A DNA stretch of 34,273 bases, from positions 1 to 34,273 of the IMG/VR virus record IMGVR_UViG_3300017747_001801; one strand, given 5' to 3'. Under the pieces are notes generated by a model, which saw nothing but the letters and a program-made list of their open reading frames with translations, did not search any database and had not been told where the DNA came from. Both the position numbers and the translations under genes were made by a program. The first letter of the stretch is position 1; each line of letters opens with the position of its first letter. Source of the DNA: a virus (Duplodnaviria > Caudoviricetes). This document shows positions 17,572 to 25,301 of the stretch, in pieces.

Positions 17572-18030
17572 TCAACGTGCCCAGGGGCGCGAACCACCGG
17601 CAGGCGCGGCGGGCTTGGCGGCAGGCGCTGGCGCTGCGGTTTTGGCGGCGCCGTACCCAACGATGCGATTGCGATCCGGCTCCTTCCGGTCGATCTCGAC
17701 CTGAATCAGGAACGGGATGTCATGCAGTTGCTCGGTGTCATCAAGGTGAATCACGCCTGTCGCCACGCATAGAGCGCCGAGTGCGGTTTTGGCAATGTCC
17801 TCGGCCTGCTTGTTGGGGTTGCTAATGTTCAGGCGCTCCCACAGGCGACGGCCTGAGAACTCGCCGTCAGTAATCTGCATCTCCAGCTCAATGTACTGCC
17901 CGGTCCCGGCCTTGGTGTCGCGGATGTCAGCCTTTGTGATGATGGCTTCGTACTTGCCAGGAGGCAGCGGGCCACGGGTGGGCGCTTGGGAAACGGGGGC
18001 GTCGTTGGCGTTGAAGGTAAAGCGGGCCAT
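17572..18030 (-). CDS. DUF669-family putative single-stranded DNA-binding protein
   Basis: PLPPGKY.A.I, TKAGTG.Y..L...I..G...GR.LW.RLN..NPN..A..IA, low-complexity tail ending PW; AAGGA RBS. Confidence 0.85.
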   Translation of the reverse strand: MARFTFNANDAPVSQAPTRGPLPPGKYEAIITKADIRDTKAGTGQYIELEMQITDGEFSGRRLWERLNISNPNKQAEDIAKTALGALCVATGVIHLDDTEQLHDIPFLIQVEIDRKEPDRNRIVGYGAAKTAAPAPAAKPAAPAGGSRPWAR

Positions 18031-18059
18031 GTTTGTCCTTTAGTTGGCTCGTTGATGAA

Positions 18060-18785
18060 TCAGGCGATTGCCTGAGCGAAAGACTCCCAAGACATCGGGA
18101 TTGAGTCAGGGAGCGAATAGCGGTTCTTTGCCATGTAAGCGGGGCGCTCGCTGGTGTACAGCAGGCGCTCTCCCGTGCTGATGCCACGGTTTGACGTCTT
18201 GTTGAACCCGACGTCATCCTTCTTGATCAGCGTCTTGTAGTTGGCGAACAGCACAGCGTCTGCCCACTCGCGCAGGATGGCGTTGCTACGCTCTTGCAGC
18301 TTGGGCTGGTAGCGGTCGAAGGGCTCAACCTCGGGCGAGTCAAACCGCTTGATCTGCGTATGCGCGATCAGTATGACCACCATGCCCTTGTCGTTGCGCA
18401 GCGTGTTCAGGCCAGCCAGCACCTCACGCCACTTGTCGGCGACGATCATGGCGCCCTTCCCGTAGGCCAAGTCTTTTGCGTCATGCGTGGCTTCGACCTC
18501 AGCCCAGATGAGGTTATCTAGCCAGTCCACGCTATCAAGCACCACAGTGCCGAAGTCATGGGGCTCAGTGACCAGCGAGCCGATGGCATCCAGCACTTCG
18601 CTGGCCTTGGTAGCCAGCGGGAAGTGATCGACCTGCAGCGAGCCAAGACCGTCTTCCGTGCAGATAAAGATGGGCTTTGGCGCTTGTGACGCGAAAGTTG
18701 TCTTACCGATGCCTTCGACGCCGTAGAGGAAGATTCTTGGCGCCGCGAGGGCTGTGTTTTTCTTGATGGACTTGAGGTTAAACAT
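18060..18785 (-). CDS. AAA_24 / Sak4-like recombination ATPase
   Basis: Walker A YGVEGIGKTT, TEDG, VVLDSVDWL, YGKG, AKNRY. Confidence 0.88.
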   Translation of the reverse strand: MFNLKSIKKNTALAAPRIFLYGVEGIGKTTFASQAPKPIFICTEDGLGSLQVDHFPLATKASEVLDAIGSLVTEPHDFGTVVLDSVDWLDNLIWAEVEATHDAKDLAYGKGAMIVADKWREVLAGLNTLRNDKGMVVILIAHTQIKRFDSPEVEPFDRYQPKLQERSNAILREWADAVLFANYKTLIKKDDVGFNKTSNRGISTGERLLYTSERPAYMAKNRYSLPDSIPMSWESFAQAIA

Positions 18786-19089
18786 GCGTGTTCTTTCTAT
18801 AGGTGCGAGTCAGTCGCGCATGCGCTGAAACGCGTTTGCTTTGTGTGTATCCGACAGGGGTGATGAGGTGTTTGACGCGTTGGGTAAAGCCGCCCCACGC
18901 GTTGACGTGATGGGGCTCCGACAATCCGTTGGCTTGCGCCCACGTTCTGAACTGCTCCAATGAGAACTCTTCAGTAGCGCAGTGCGTGAGCCAGTACGCA
19001 AACGCGGCTTGCGCGTCATCTGCCCACTCCTTAGCGGCTTGCATGACGCGATCAATGCCCGCGTCTCGCAGTGACGCGCCTAGCATCAC
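18778..19089 (-). CDS. Hypothetical protein
   Basis: 103 aa with PHH.NAWG motif, overlaps both neighbours. Confidence 0.6.
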   Translation of the reverse strand: MMLGASLRDAGIDRVMQAAKEWADDAQAAFAYWLTHCATEEFSLEQFRTWAQANGLSEPHHVNAWGGFTQRVKHLITPVGYTQSKRVSAHARLTRTYRKNTHV

Positions 19090-19472
19090 TTACCCGCAAA
19101 CTTAATTTCGACTGCGGTCTTGGCGGGCTTGGTTTCCACCGCTTGCGCGATGGAGCGCCACAGGTCAGGGCGCTCTGCGCGGATGGCTTTCAGCCGCGTG
19201 TCATCCGCTTCCACCTTTGTCTTGATGGGGCGGATGTCATCGGGCCATGAGCCCGTCAGCAGGATGAGCGCGTCAACATCGCACTTGTACGTCACCTTGC
19301 CGGTGAGCTTGATGCGCGTGCCCTTGTCCGTGGTGAACGTGTCGGATCCTTCTTCTCTTGCTGGGTGCAGCTTGAGGATTTTTTCCTCGATGCCGATGCG
19401 CTCTGCCTTGGCAGCTTCTTCTCGTTGCTTGGCAATGCTCCACAGCGTTGCCAGTTTGTCTATCTCGCTCAT
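19086..19472 (-). CDS. Hypothetical coiled-coil protein of the recombination module
   Basis: 128 aa, W..AK..E..A...R..IE helix; GAGG RBS; usual position upstream of Sak4-like genes. Confidence 0.7.
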   Translation of the reverse strand: MSEIDKLATLWSIAKQREEAAKAERIGIEEKILKLHPAREEGSDTFTTDKGTRIKLTGKVTYKCDVDALILLTGSWPDDIRPIKTKVEADDTRLKAIRAERPDLWRSIAQAVETKPAKTAVEIKFAGK

Positions 19473-19498
19473 GTTGGGCCTCGTTGGTTGTGGTGGGT

Positions 19499-19627
19499 CT
19501 AGAAGGGTGCGGCGGGGCCGTTTGCGGCTTCTCGCCTGAGCGCCGCCTGTGTCGGCGGCTTTACGGTTCCGAAGGGCCAGCCGGGTGGGGCGGTAGGCGC
19601 CTTTCGACCATTAGGGAGTGTGTTCAT
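19499..19627 (-). CDS. Small protein, 42 aa (MNTLPNGRKAPTAPPGWPFG...AAPF), not in the ORF track
   Basis: ATGA coupling to the upstream gene; hand translation. Confidence 0.55.
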   Translation of the reverse strand: MNTLPNGRKAPTAPPGWPFGTVKPPTQAALRREAANGPAAPF

Positions 19628-19818
19628 CGTTGGCTCGTTGGGTTGGGGATTGGATTGGAGCACGGTGATGCGGGAATCTCAATACTTGAGGCAACAACTT
19701 TCTCGACTGTTGTAAATCGGTGAAGGTTGGCGCACTGATAGCGGCGACGGGTTGAGTTGTCGCGGCGTTGCACGGTTTCCAGCACTTCGCACCATTTGTG
19801 GCAGGTTGGGCACTTCAT
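19624..19818 (-). CDS. Zinc-ribbon protein (NrdR N-terminal-like)
   Basis: MKCPTC....VLET.......RRR.QC...HRFTT.E; ATG at 19818 coupled to the upstream stop. Confidence 0.75.
   Translation of the reverse strand: MKCPTCHKWCEVLETVQRRDNSTRRRYQCANLHRFTTVEKVVASSIEIPASPCSNPIPNPTSQR
19654..19682 (-). promoter_or_regulatory. Putative internal promoter with operator for the recombination genes
   Basis: TTGAGA-17bp-TCCAAT on the minus strand; TGCG-GGAAT-CTCA at 19669-19681. Confidence 0.5.
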
Positions 19819-20000
19819 CTGTACAGGCTGACCAAAGCGACAACGGCGACGATCACGCACCCGGCAAGCGCAGAGGCCCACAGCAGGTCAACAAGTGAGG
19901 CTGTGATGCTTCCTTCTTCTGGCAGCTCGCACGCTTGGCGGGCTGAGCAGGCGCGGCCTTGTCTGCATTGGTGGCTGCAGCAGCTTTCTGTACGTTCCAT
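19815..20000 (-). CDS. Small Cys-rich membrane protein
   Basis: CC...C.QGR.C..R motif plus C-terminal TM helix; ATGA coupling downstream. Confidence 0.65.
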   Translation of the reverse strand: MERTESCCSHQCRQGRACSARQACELPEEGSITASLVDLLWASALAGCVIVAVVALVSLYR

Positions 20001-20287
20001 TGAATTCTTCTTGCGTATTCCCAGACCGACGCGGCCTGAATGATTTCCCTTGCGGGCGGGTTGCTGGCGTTCTTGCGCACCTCAAGCAGTTCAGACGCTC
20101 TTGGAATGGTCTTGTACTGCGCTTTGTACGCGTGGCCGATGTTGTGAATGTGGCCTTCGCGCACTAGGCGCTTGATTGTGGTTGTGCTGCAGTCAACGCG
20201 GTCAAGGATTTCACGCGTGGTGCGCGGTATCTTGCACAACTCAACGATCTCTTGGCGCTTGCGGGCGTATTCTTCGTAGGTGTTCAT
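19853..20287 (-). CDS. Putative winged-HTH DNA-binding protein
   Basis: PRTTREI...VDCS.TTIKRLVREG.I pattern; ATGA coupling upstream. Confidence 0.55.
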   Translation of the reverse strand: MNTYEEYARKRQEIVELCKIPRTTREILDRVDCSTTTIKRLVREGHIHNIGHAYKAQYKTIPRASELLEVRKNASNPPAREIIQAASVWEYARRIQWNVQKAAAATNADKAAPAQPAKRASCQKKEASQPHLLTCCGPLRLPGA

Positions 20288-20667
20288 GCGTTGCGCTCCT
20301 TCAGCGCGGCCTCGATGGCGCGGGCAAAGCCGATGATTTCAAGGTTGCTGGGTCCATCACTTCGCATGCCCCACAGCTTCAGCGATTCGTCCTTGCTCAG
20401 CCCTCTCCACTCGCGGCGGGGTTGGTGGGTGAAGAGGGCATGTTCCCGGCGTCCCGGTTCACTCCAATACCGTAAACCGTGGATGGTGCCGTCTTCCTCA
20501 ATGTCGCACCACGCCACCGGCTCCTGCTCCGGCTGCTTCAGTGCGGCGCGGAGGGAGGTGATGGCGTCAGCAACACGACGGCGCGGGTAGTGCTCATGCG
20601 CACAATAGAGCTGTGTGCTCTCCAACGCCTCCAGCGCCTGCTGGGCGGCTTCGCGTAGTGTGGTCAT
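20284..20667 (-). CDS. Hypothetical phage early protein
   Basis: LREAAQQALEALE...QEPVAW...REW.GL...FARAIEAALKERN modular motifs; GAGG RBS. Confidence 0.75.
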   Translation of the reverse strand: MTTLREAAQQALEALESTQLYCAHEHYPRRRVADAITSLRAALKQPEQEPVAWCDIEEDGTIHGLRYWSEPGRREHALFTHQPRREWRGLSKDESLKLWGMRSDGPSNLEIIGFARAIEAALKERNA

Positions 20668-20849
20668 ACCTCACCCCTCGCTTTCTGCGTGCAGTCGGCG
20701 CAGCGCCAGAGCTTGAGCCGCGTGTACAGCGAGCCGCCGCGTATCTCTTTCTTTTGGTTGCAGGCTGAGCAGTTCTTGCGAAACGCCATGCCGGGTCCAG
20801 AGCCGCGCTGGTTCATGGTGTAGTCGCGGACGTTGCTGTGGTTGCTCAC
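20664..20849 (-). CDS. Small zinc-finger protein
   Basis: 61 aa with C..C ... W.C..C; AGGAGG RBS; coupled to neighbours. Confidence 0.65.
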   Translation of the reverse strand: MSNHSNVRDYTMNQRGSGPGMAFRKNCSACNQKKEIRGGSLYTRLKLWRCADCTQKARGEV

Positions 20850-21037
20850 GATTCCTCCTGGCTCATCTGCTCAAGCTGAAAGCGCAGGCGGTCGATGCGT
20901 GCTTCGTGATAGCCCACCATCGCGGACGCGTAGTCGCGGGCCGTCTGTGCTTCCAGCAAGCCGCGTCGAGCTTGGTCCAGCTCGCGGGCGATCAGTTCTT
21001 CTGCGGACAGGTTGCGAAAGGGGTTCAGTAGCTTCAT
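20846..21037 (-). CDS. Small coiled-coil protein, first gene of the leftward early operon
   Basis: GGAG RBS before ATG 21037; ELDQARRGLLEAQTARDYA.AMV.Y...RI.RL. Confidence 0.7.
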   Translation of the reverse strand: MKLLNPFRNLSAEELIARELDQARRGLLEAQTARDYASAMVGYHEARIDRLRFQLEQMSQEES

Positions 21038-21063
21038 GGTTGCTCCGGGGTTGATGTGGCGCC

Positions 21064-21119
21064 ATCGTAATGAGGAAAGCGCACACACGGAGCATTGCCG
21101 AGTAATTCACTCGGGCAGT
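21064..21119 (-). promoter_or_regulatory. Leftward early promoter region with operator and inverted repeat
   Basis: -10-like TACGAT, TGAG-GAAAG-CGCA at 21071-21083, dyad CCGAGT-AATTC-ACTCGG near 21098-21114. Confidence 0.45.
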
Positions 21120-21129
21120 GGCGTATTCG

Positions 21130-21711
21130 CTACGGACGTATCCAGAGCACGGGAGATGCCCAGCTAACCTGCTGGTCTTGCAGCAGCTTGGCCGCGTCTG
21201 TGATTAGCGTGAGGTTGAACGTGTCGCGGCGATAGCCGCGCCGGATGTACGCCAGCACCTGACGCCCGTCTGTCAAAGCGCAGAGGTTCATAGCCTCTAG
21301 GCGCTCGCGGGGGTCTTGCTGGGCAGCGGAGATGAACAGCAACCAGCCATCTTTGCAGTGCCCTGGCTCGCGGCACTGGATGGCGTAGGAGTCCGAAGGG
21401 ACGTCTGCGGGCGCAACCACCTTCTCATGTGTACGCGCCGCCAATAACTGAACGATGCCTTCGCTGCCGCAGATGCCTGAGATGGGCACCTTGCGGATGC
21501 CGTCATCGGTGGGTATGCCAGCTTCCCGCAGCACTTCCGAGGTTGCAACGCCGAGGATTTCGCTAATACGATGCGCCTCCGCTAGCGTCATCCTGCGCTG
21601 TCCCCTGAGCATCAGGGAAACCGCCGCAGGGTCGATGTCTAGCAACTTGGCAAGGCCACGCTGGCTTAAGTGCTTGTCCTGAAGTTGTCGCCGGAACCAT
21701 TTGGTGTTCAT
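21130..21711 (-). CDS. CI-like repressor (XRE HTH plus degenerate S24-like domain)
   Basis: ATG 21711: MNTKWF...LSQRGLAKLLDIDPAAVSLMLRGQRRM; divergent from a Cro-like gene. Confidence 0.85.
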   Translation of the reverse strand: MNTKWFRRQLQDKHLSQRGLAKLLDIDPAAVSLMLRGQRRMTLAEAHRISEILGVATSEVLREAGIPTDDGIRKVPISGICGSEGIVQLLAARTHEKVVAPADVPSDSYAIQCREPGHCKDGWLLFISAAQQDPRERLEAMNLCALTDGRQVLAYIRRGYRRDTFNLTLITDAAKLLQDQQVSWASPVLWIRP

Positions 21712-21787
21712 CGGGATACATTGCACTACACTCACTATTGCGTCAATCGCATCAGGATCGATCCACATCACCACTCCCATTCTTCTT
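21712..21787. promoter_or_regulatory. Divergent CI/Cro control region
   Basis: Two operator-like palindromes, TGCA-CTACA-CTCA 21722-21734 and TGCG-TCAAT-CGCA 21739-21751. Confidence 0.65.
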
Positions 21788-22024
21788 ATGAGCATCGAAA
21801 CAAAACACAAGCTAGAGCCCGCCTTCAGCATCATTGAGCGCTTGGGCGGTAAGTCAGCCGTCTGCGCAGAACTCAAGGTTGCGCCGTCTACCTTGTCCCG
21901 CTGGTGTACGCCCGTGCCGGAAGGCACCGGGGGCACCGTGCCCGTGCGCCATTGGTCTGCGCTGCAGAAGATGGCAAAGGCGCGGGGCGTATCGGTCACG
22001 CTGTCAGAACTTGCCCGTCGTTGA
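21788..22024 (+). CDS. Cro-like HTH regulator
   Basis: 78 aa, IIERLGG.SAV..EL.V..ST.SRW.....GTGG.VP. Confidence 0.8.
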   Translation: MSIETKHKLEPAFSIIERLGGKSAVCAELKVAPSTLSRWCTPVPEGTGGTVPVRHWSALQKMAKARGVSVTLSELARR

Positions 22025-22030
22025 GGCCGC

Positions 22031-24049
22031 ATGGATGCAGCGGCAACAACGATGCAAAACAGCGACTTTCTGGCCGAGGTCTACGGCCCACTCGCGGTCG
22101 ATGAATACGGCTGGGTCTGTACGTTTAGGGCCTCTCCTGAGCACGGCGACTGGTCTGGCCGCGCTTACCGAGGCACTGACAGACAGGCGGAATTGATCGA
22201 TTCAGCCTCATTCGATAACACCTACTTTTCGGTTTCAGTCCTCGCGGGCTTCGCGGAGTCTGGCAAATGGGCGCGGCAGAAGTCCACATTCAAGCGCCTG
22301 GCGGCGCTCGTTGCGGACGATGTGGACCCGTCGCGGGTGCTGGGTTATTCATGGGCGCTGCAGACTTCGCCGGGTAAGTGGCAAGTCGGCGTCATGCTGG
22401 ACCCTGCAGACCCGGATTGCGCCGACATGGGCTTGGTTGACCGCGTCATGGCCTCGCTGGCTTCGCGTGGTCACTTGGGCGCGGACAAGTCGGGCAATGC
22501 CATTTCCCGCTATGTCCGGCTTCCGCATGGCACCAACACCAAGCCCAGAGCGGCAGGTCCGTGGCGGCACCAGCTCGCTGAATGGCACCCGTCAATCCGG
22601 TGGTCACTTGCAGACGCGTGCGCAGCCTTTGGCATTGAGCTGGACGATTTACGGGCTAAACCTGTCGAGGCGTTGCGTACGCGCAACAGCACGGATGGGG
22701 TTGTTTCGATGGGCTCGGCAGCGGGGGATGCGCTCTCCATGCTGTCGGCGCCGCTGTCGGAGCGGTCTTATCACGATGCTTTGATTCGCATGGCGGCTTC
22801 GCTGGTCAAGGGCGGCATGTATCCCGGCGCGGCGGTGGACTTCCTTTATTCACTGATGGATCAGGTAAAGCCTGCGGGGCCGCATGAGGAGGTTGCGCGG
22901 TGGGCTGCGCGTCGGGCGGAGATTCCGCGGGCTGTGCGGTCGGCTGAGAAGTTTGCGCCGGAGGATAGGGCGCCTGTGGCGGTCACAGTGCGGCTGGGCG
23001 ATGCGCCAGCAGTGGACGCGCCTGGTGACTTGCTGCTGAGCTTGGAAGAACTAGCCAAACGTTCTGCGGCTGTGCGCTGGCAGGTCAAGCATGTGATTCC
23101 TGCCGATAGCCTTGGAATGCTCTTTGGCGCGTCTGGGACGTTCAAGTCCTTTGTCGCGCTCGATCATGCCTTGCACGTTGCGCATGGCATGCCGTGGCTG
23201 GGCAAGAAGACTGCACGGGGCCACGTTGTCTACGTTGCTGCCGAAGGCGGGGCGGGCATCTATCGGCGCGTGGCGGCTTGGCATCAGGAGCGGGGGCTAC
23301 CTGTTTCTGACGCGTTCTCGGTCTGTATCACGCCCTTGGTATTGAGCTTATCTGATCAGGTGGAGCTTCTGGCATCGGCCATTGCGGCTATGCCGGTGGT
23401 CCCTGTCTTGGTCTATGTGGACACGCTCTCGCAGACCTTCGCGGGCGATGAGAACTCAGCGACCGACATTGCCGGGTATCTGCGCCAGCTCAACGCAGGC
23501 ATACGCGCACGCTTCAATTGCACGGTCATCGTGATCCATCACAGCGGACATGCAGCCACTGAGCGCCCGCGTGGCTCTTCTGCCATCACGGCTAACGTGG
23601 ACTTCATGCTGGGCGCGTATCGGCCCGATGCGGGCGCTCTCTTGGCCCGCTTGGACTTCATCAAGCAGAAGGACGGCGACCGGCTTGGCTCGCAGGGCTT
23701 TGAATTGCGCCGTGTCGTTCTCGGTCAGGATGAGGATGGCGAGGAGTTCTCTTCGCTTGTGGCTTGCTGGTCGGATGTGGCGCAAAGGGTGCTGGCGGCT
23801 TCCGCTGTGCGGCTGGCGGGGCATGAACAGACCGTCATGAAGCTCATCAATGAGGCGGGCGGGTTCATCATGGAGCGCGATTTGCGGCACCTGTTCTATG
23901 ACGCTGTAGCTAAGGAGTGCAAGGAGTCTGGTAAGGAATACAGCCAAGAAGCGGCCAAGAAAGCGATCCAACGCGCCTATGCGAGCTTGTCCAGTAAGGC
24001 TCTTGCGGCGCTCGGGACGGACGGAATTGTTCGCCGTTTGGGCTCCTAA
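22031..24049 (+). CDS. Primase-helicase fusion (RepB-primase-like N-terminus plus AAA_25/RepA-like helicase)
   Basis: LVADDVD, LQTSPGKWQ, RYVRLP.G.N.K primase motifs; Walker A FGASGTFKSF, YVAAEG, VYVDTL, IHHSG, RGSS. Confidence 0.88.
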   Translation: MDAAATTMQNSDFLAEVYGPLAVDEYGWVCTFRASPEHGDWSGRAYRGTDRQAELIDSASFDNTYFSVSVLAGFAESGKWARQKSTFKRLAALVADDVDPSRVLGYSWALQTSPGKWQVGVMLDPADPDCADMGLVDRVMASLASRGHLGADKSGNAISRYVRLPHGTNTKPRAAGPWRHQLAEWHPSIRWSLADACAAFGIELDDLRAKPVEALRTRNSTDGVVSMGSAAGDALSMLSAPLSERSYHDALIRMAASLVKGGMYPGAAVDFLYSLMDQVKPAGPHEEVARWAARRAEIPRAVRSAEKFAPEDRAPVAVTVRLGDAPAVDAPGDLLLSLEELAKRSAAVRWQVKHVIPADSLGMLFGASGTFKSFVALDHALHVAHGMPWLGKKTARGHVVYVAAEGGAGIYRRVAAWHQERGLPVSDAFSVCITPLVLSLSDQVELLASAIAAMPVVPVLVYVDTLSQTFAGDENSATDIAGYLRQLNAGIRARFNCTVIVIHHSGHAATERPRGSSAITANVDFMLGAYRPDAGALLARLDFIKQKDGDRLGSQGFELRRVVLGQDEDGEEFSSLVACWSDVAQRVLAASAVRLAGHEQTVMKLINEAGGFIMERDLRHLFYDAVAKECKESGKEYSQEAAKKAIQRAYASLSSKALAALGTDGIVRRLGS

Positions 24050-24233
24050 CCGGGACATTTCGCTAGTAGGGTCTTTTTGTGCCGGGACATTTACCGGGAC
24101 ATGAACCGGGACAAAGCCGGGACAAAGCCGGGACATCGGGACATCGGACAACTACGCACCGGGACAGACAGGGACATATACCGTAGGTATGTCCCGATGT
24201 CCCGGTAAGTGTCCCGTCCCGGTCCTGTGTCCT
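24050..24233. repeat. Putative replication origin with GGGACA iterons
   Basis: Nine GGGACA copies on +, then inverted TGTCCC copies around the palindrome GGGACATATACCGTAGGTATGTCCC (24171-24195), immediately after the primase-helicase stop. Confidence 0.75.
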
Positions 24234-24247
24234 GTTGTTTGGGCATG

Positions 24248-24270
24248 AAAAAGCCCGCACAGGGCGGGCT
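24248..24270 (-). terminator. Intrinsic terminator of the leftward micro-ORF operon
   Basis: AAAAAGCCCGC-ACAGG-GCGGGCT hairpin with minus-strand U-tract. Confidence 0.7.
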
Positions 24271-24274
24271 GGGT

Positions 24275-24400
24275 TCACTCTTCTATCAAAGCAACAATCA
24301 GAACAGCGGCTAGGGCGGCGATGGCTAGCGATCTTGTTAGCCAGTCATGAAAAAGCATTGTGGTCCACACAATGCCAAGCAGGATTTCGCGGTCGGTCAT
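24275..24400 (-). CDS. 41-aa hydrophobic peptide (MTDREILLGIVW...ALIEE), not in the ORF track
   Basis: ATGA coupling to the upstream ORF; ends just before the terminator. Confidence 0.5.
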   Translation of the reverse strand: MTDREILLGIVWTTMLFHDWLTRSLAIAALAAVLIVALIEE

Positions 24401-24663
24401 GCTGCCATTTGCATTGACCACCTTGCGAACGACTCGCCGCGTTTTGCGGCTTTGCCTGCGCTAATCGCTGCTTCGCGGCTGATCGGGTAGCGCTTGCCCA
24501 TGTAGTCCTGCCGTAAAGACTTGGCTGCGCAGTCCGAACCAAAGCGCACGATTTCTCCGCACTCAGATTCAAGAGTCACCGTCATCTTGAGGTTTGACTT
24601 TCCGCAGTTGTCGCACACGGTGCAGTCGCTGATTCCGCGAACTGTGTAGCGCTTATAGGTCAT
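24397..24663 (-). CDS. Small zinc-binding protein
   Basis: C..CGK.NLK.TV.L.......FGSDCA motif; GAAGG RBS. Confidence 0.7.
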   Translation of the reverse strand: MTYKRYTVRGISDCTVCDNCGKSNLKMTVTLESECGEIVRFGSDCAAKSLRQDYMGKRYPISREAAISAGKAAKRGESFARWSMQMAA

Positions 24664-24681
24664 GGTGGGCCTTCGTTGAGG

Positions 24682-24768
24682 TCAGATGAACGCGGCCAGC
24701 AGGAGGGCCAGGGCTAGGCCATAGGCGAGGGAGAAGGCGTAGTCGATGGGGCGGGGGGTGTTGTGCAT
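24682..24768 (-). CDS. 28-aa single-TM peptide (MHNTPRPIDYAFSLAYGLALALLLAAFI), not in the ORF track
   Basis: AGAG leader; fills the gap in the operon. Confidence 0.55.
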   Translation of the reverse strand: MHNTPRPIDYAFSLAYGLALALLLAAFI

Positions 24769-24791
24769 GGGGGGCTCTGTTGTGGGGGTGG

Positions 24792-24941
24792 TTAGGCTGG
24801 GATGAAATGACCGGCGTACACGCAGGTCAGACCGCCAGGCGTGCGAATCTCGTACATGTTGCCGTCGTAATGGCGAACGACAACAGCAGGAAAGCCGTTG
24901 TAGGTGCCGCGTTGGCCGGGGGTGAAATGGATGCGTTGCAT
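24792..24941 (-). CDS. 49-aa small beta protein (MQRIHFTPGQRGTYNGFPAVV...), not in the ORF track
   Basis: GGAG RBS; hand translation. Confidence 0.6.
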   Translation of the reverse strand: MQRIHFTPGQRGTYNGFPAVVVRHYDGNMYEIRTPGGLTCVYAGHFIPA

Positions 24942-25001
24942 GGTTGGCTCCGTTGCGTGGTTGGGGTTGGAAAGCCCGGCTGGGCCGGGCGGGTTGGTTG
25001 G

Positions 25002-25193
25002 TCAGATGATCCAGTCGTTGGAAGAGATCAGGCCGTATGCCAGGCCGATGGAGATCAGCTCGCGCTTCTGCGAATCCTTGAGGGCTGCGCGGTACAGGGC
25101 AGAGATGCAGCGGGCTGCATAGTCGTTGCCCAGCACAGCGATGCGAGCGATGGCGGTGTTGACTTCACGTTGTTGGTGCTTGTTGAGGGTCAT
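25002..25193 (-). CDS. 63-aa helical hypothetical protein
   Basis: GGAG RBS before ATG 25193 (MTLNKHQQREV...). Confidence 0.65.
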   Translation of the reverse strand: MTLNKHQQREVNTAIARIAVLGNDYAARCISALYRAALKDSQKRELISIGLAYGLISSNDWII

Positions 25194-25230
25194 GTCGTTG
25201 CTCCGTTGGGATTGCGTTGTCGATGGATGT

Positions 25231-25273
25231 ATTGTTGAGGTTTCCGCACGATGATGCAATAGGGCAAACCCTA
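25231..25273 (-). promoter_or_regulatory. Promoter with operator for the micro-ORF operon
   Basis: TTGCAT-17bp-AACAAT on the minus strand; TGAG-GTTTC-CGCA at 25236-25248; TAGGG-CAAA-CCCTA dyad at 25260-25273. Confidence 0.6.
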
Positions 25274-25301
25274 AGTTGAGTGATGTGGTAGGCTTTTGGG
25301 C

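Noticed and set aside
17513-17704. + strand ORF behind a perfect TAAGGAGGTG Shine-Dalgarno
   Set aside because: SD-to-start spacing is 14 nt, the start is buried in a hairpin, and the ORF is antisense to the SSB gene; better explained by the minus-strand RNA structure
21130-22032. 300-aa version of the repressor ORF
   Set aside because: The extension is antisense to the Cro-like gene and covers the operator region; the HTH begins at ATG 21711
24050-24233. Iteron cluster as a novel repeat system or as integrase arm sites
   Set aside because: GGGACA differs from the GGCACA-N5-GGCACA arm motif, and iterons directly after a primase-helicase gene are an ordinary phage origin layout
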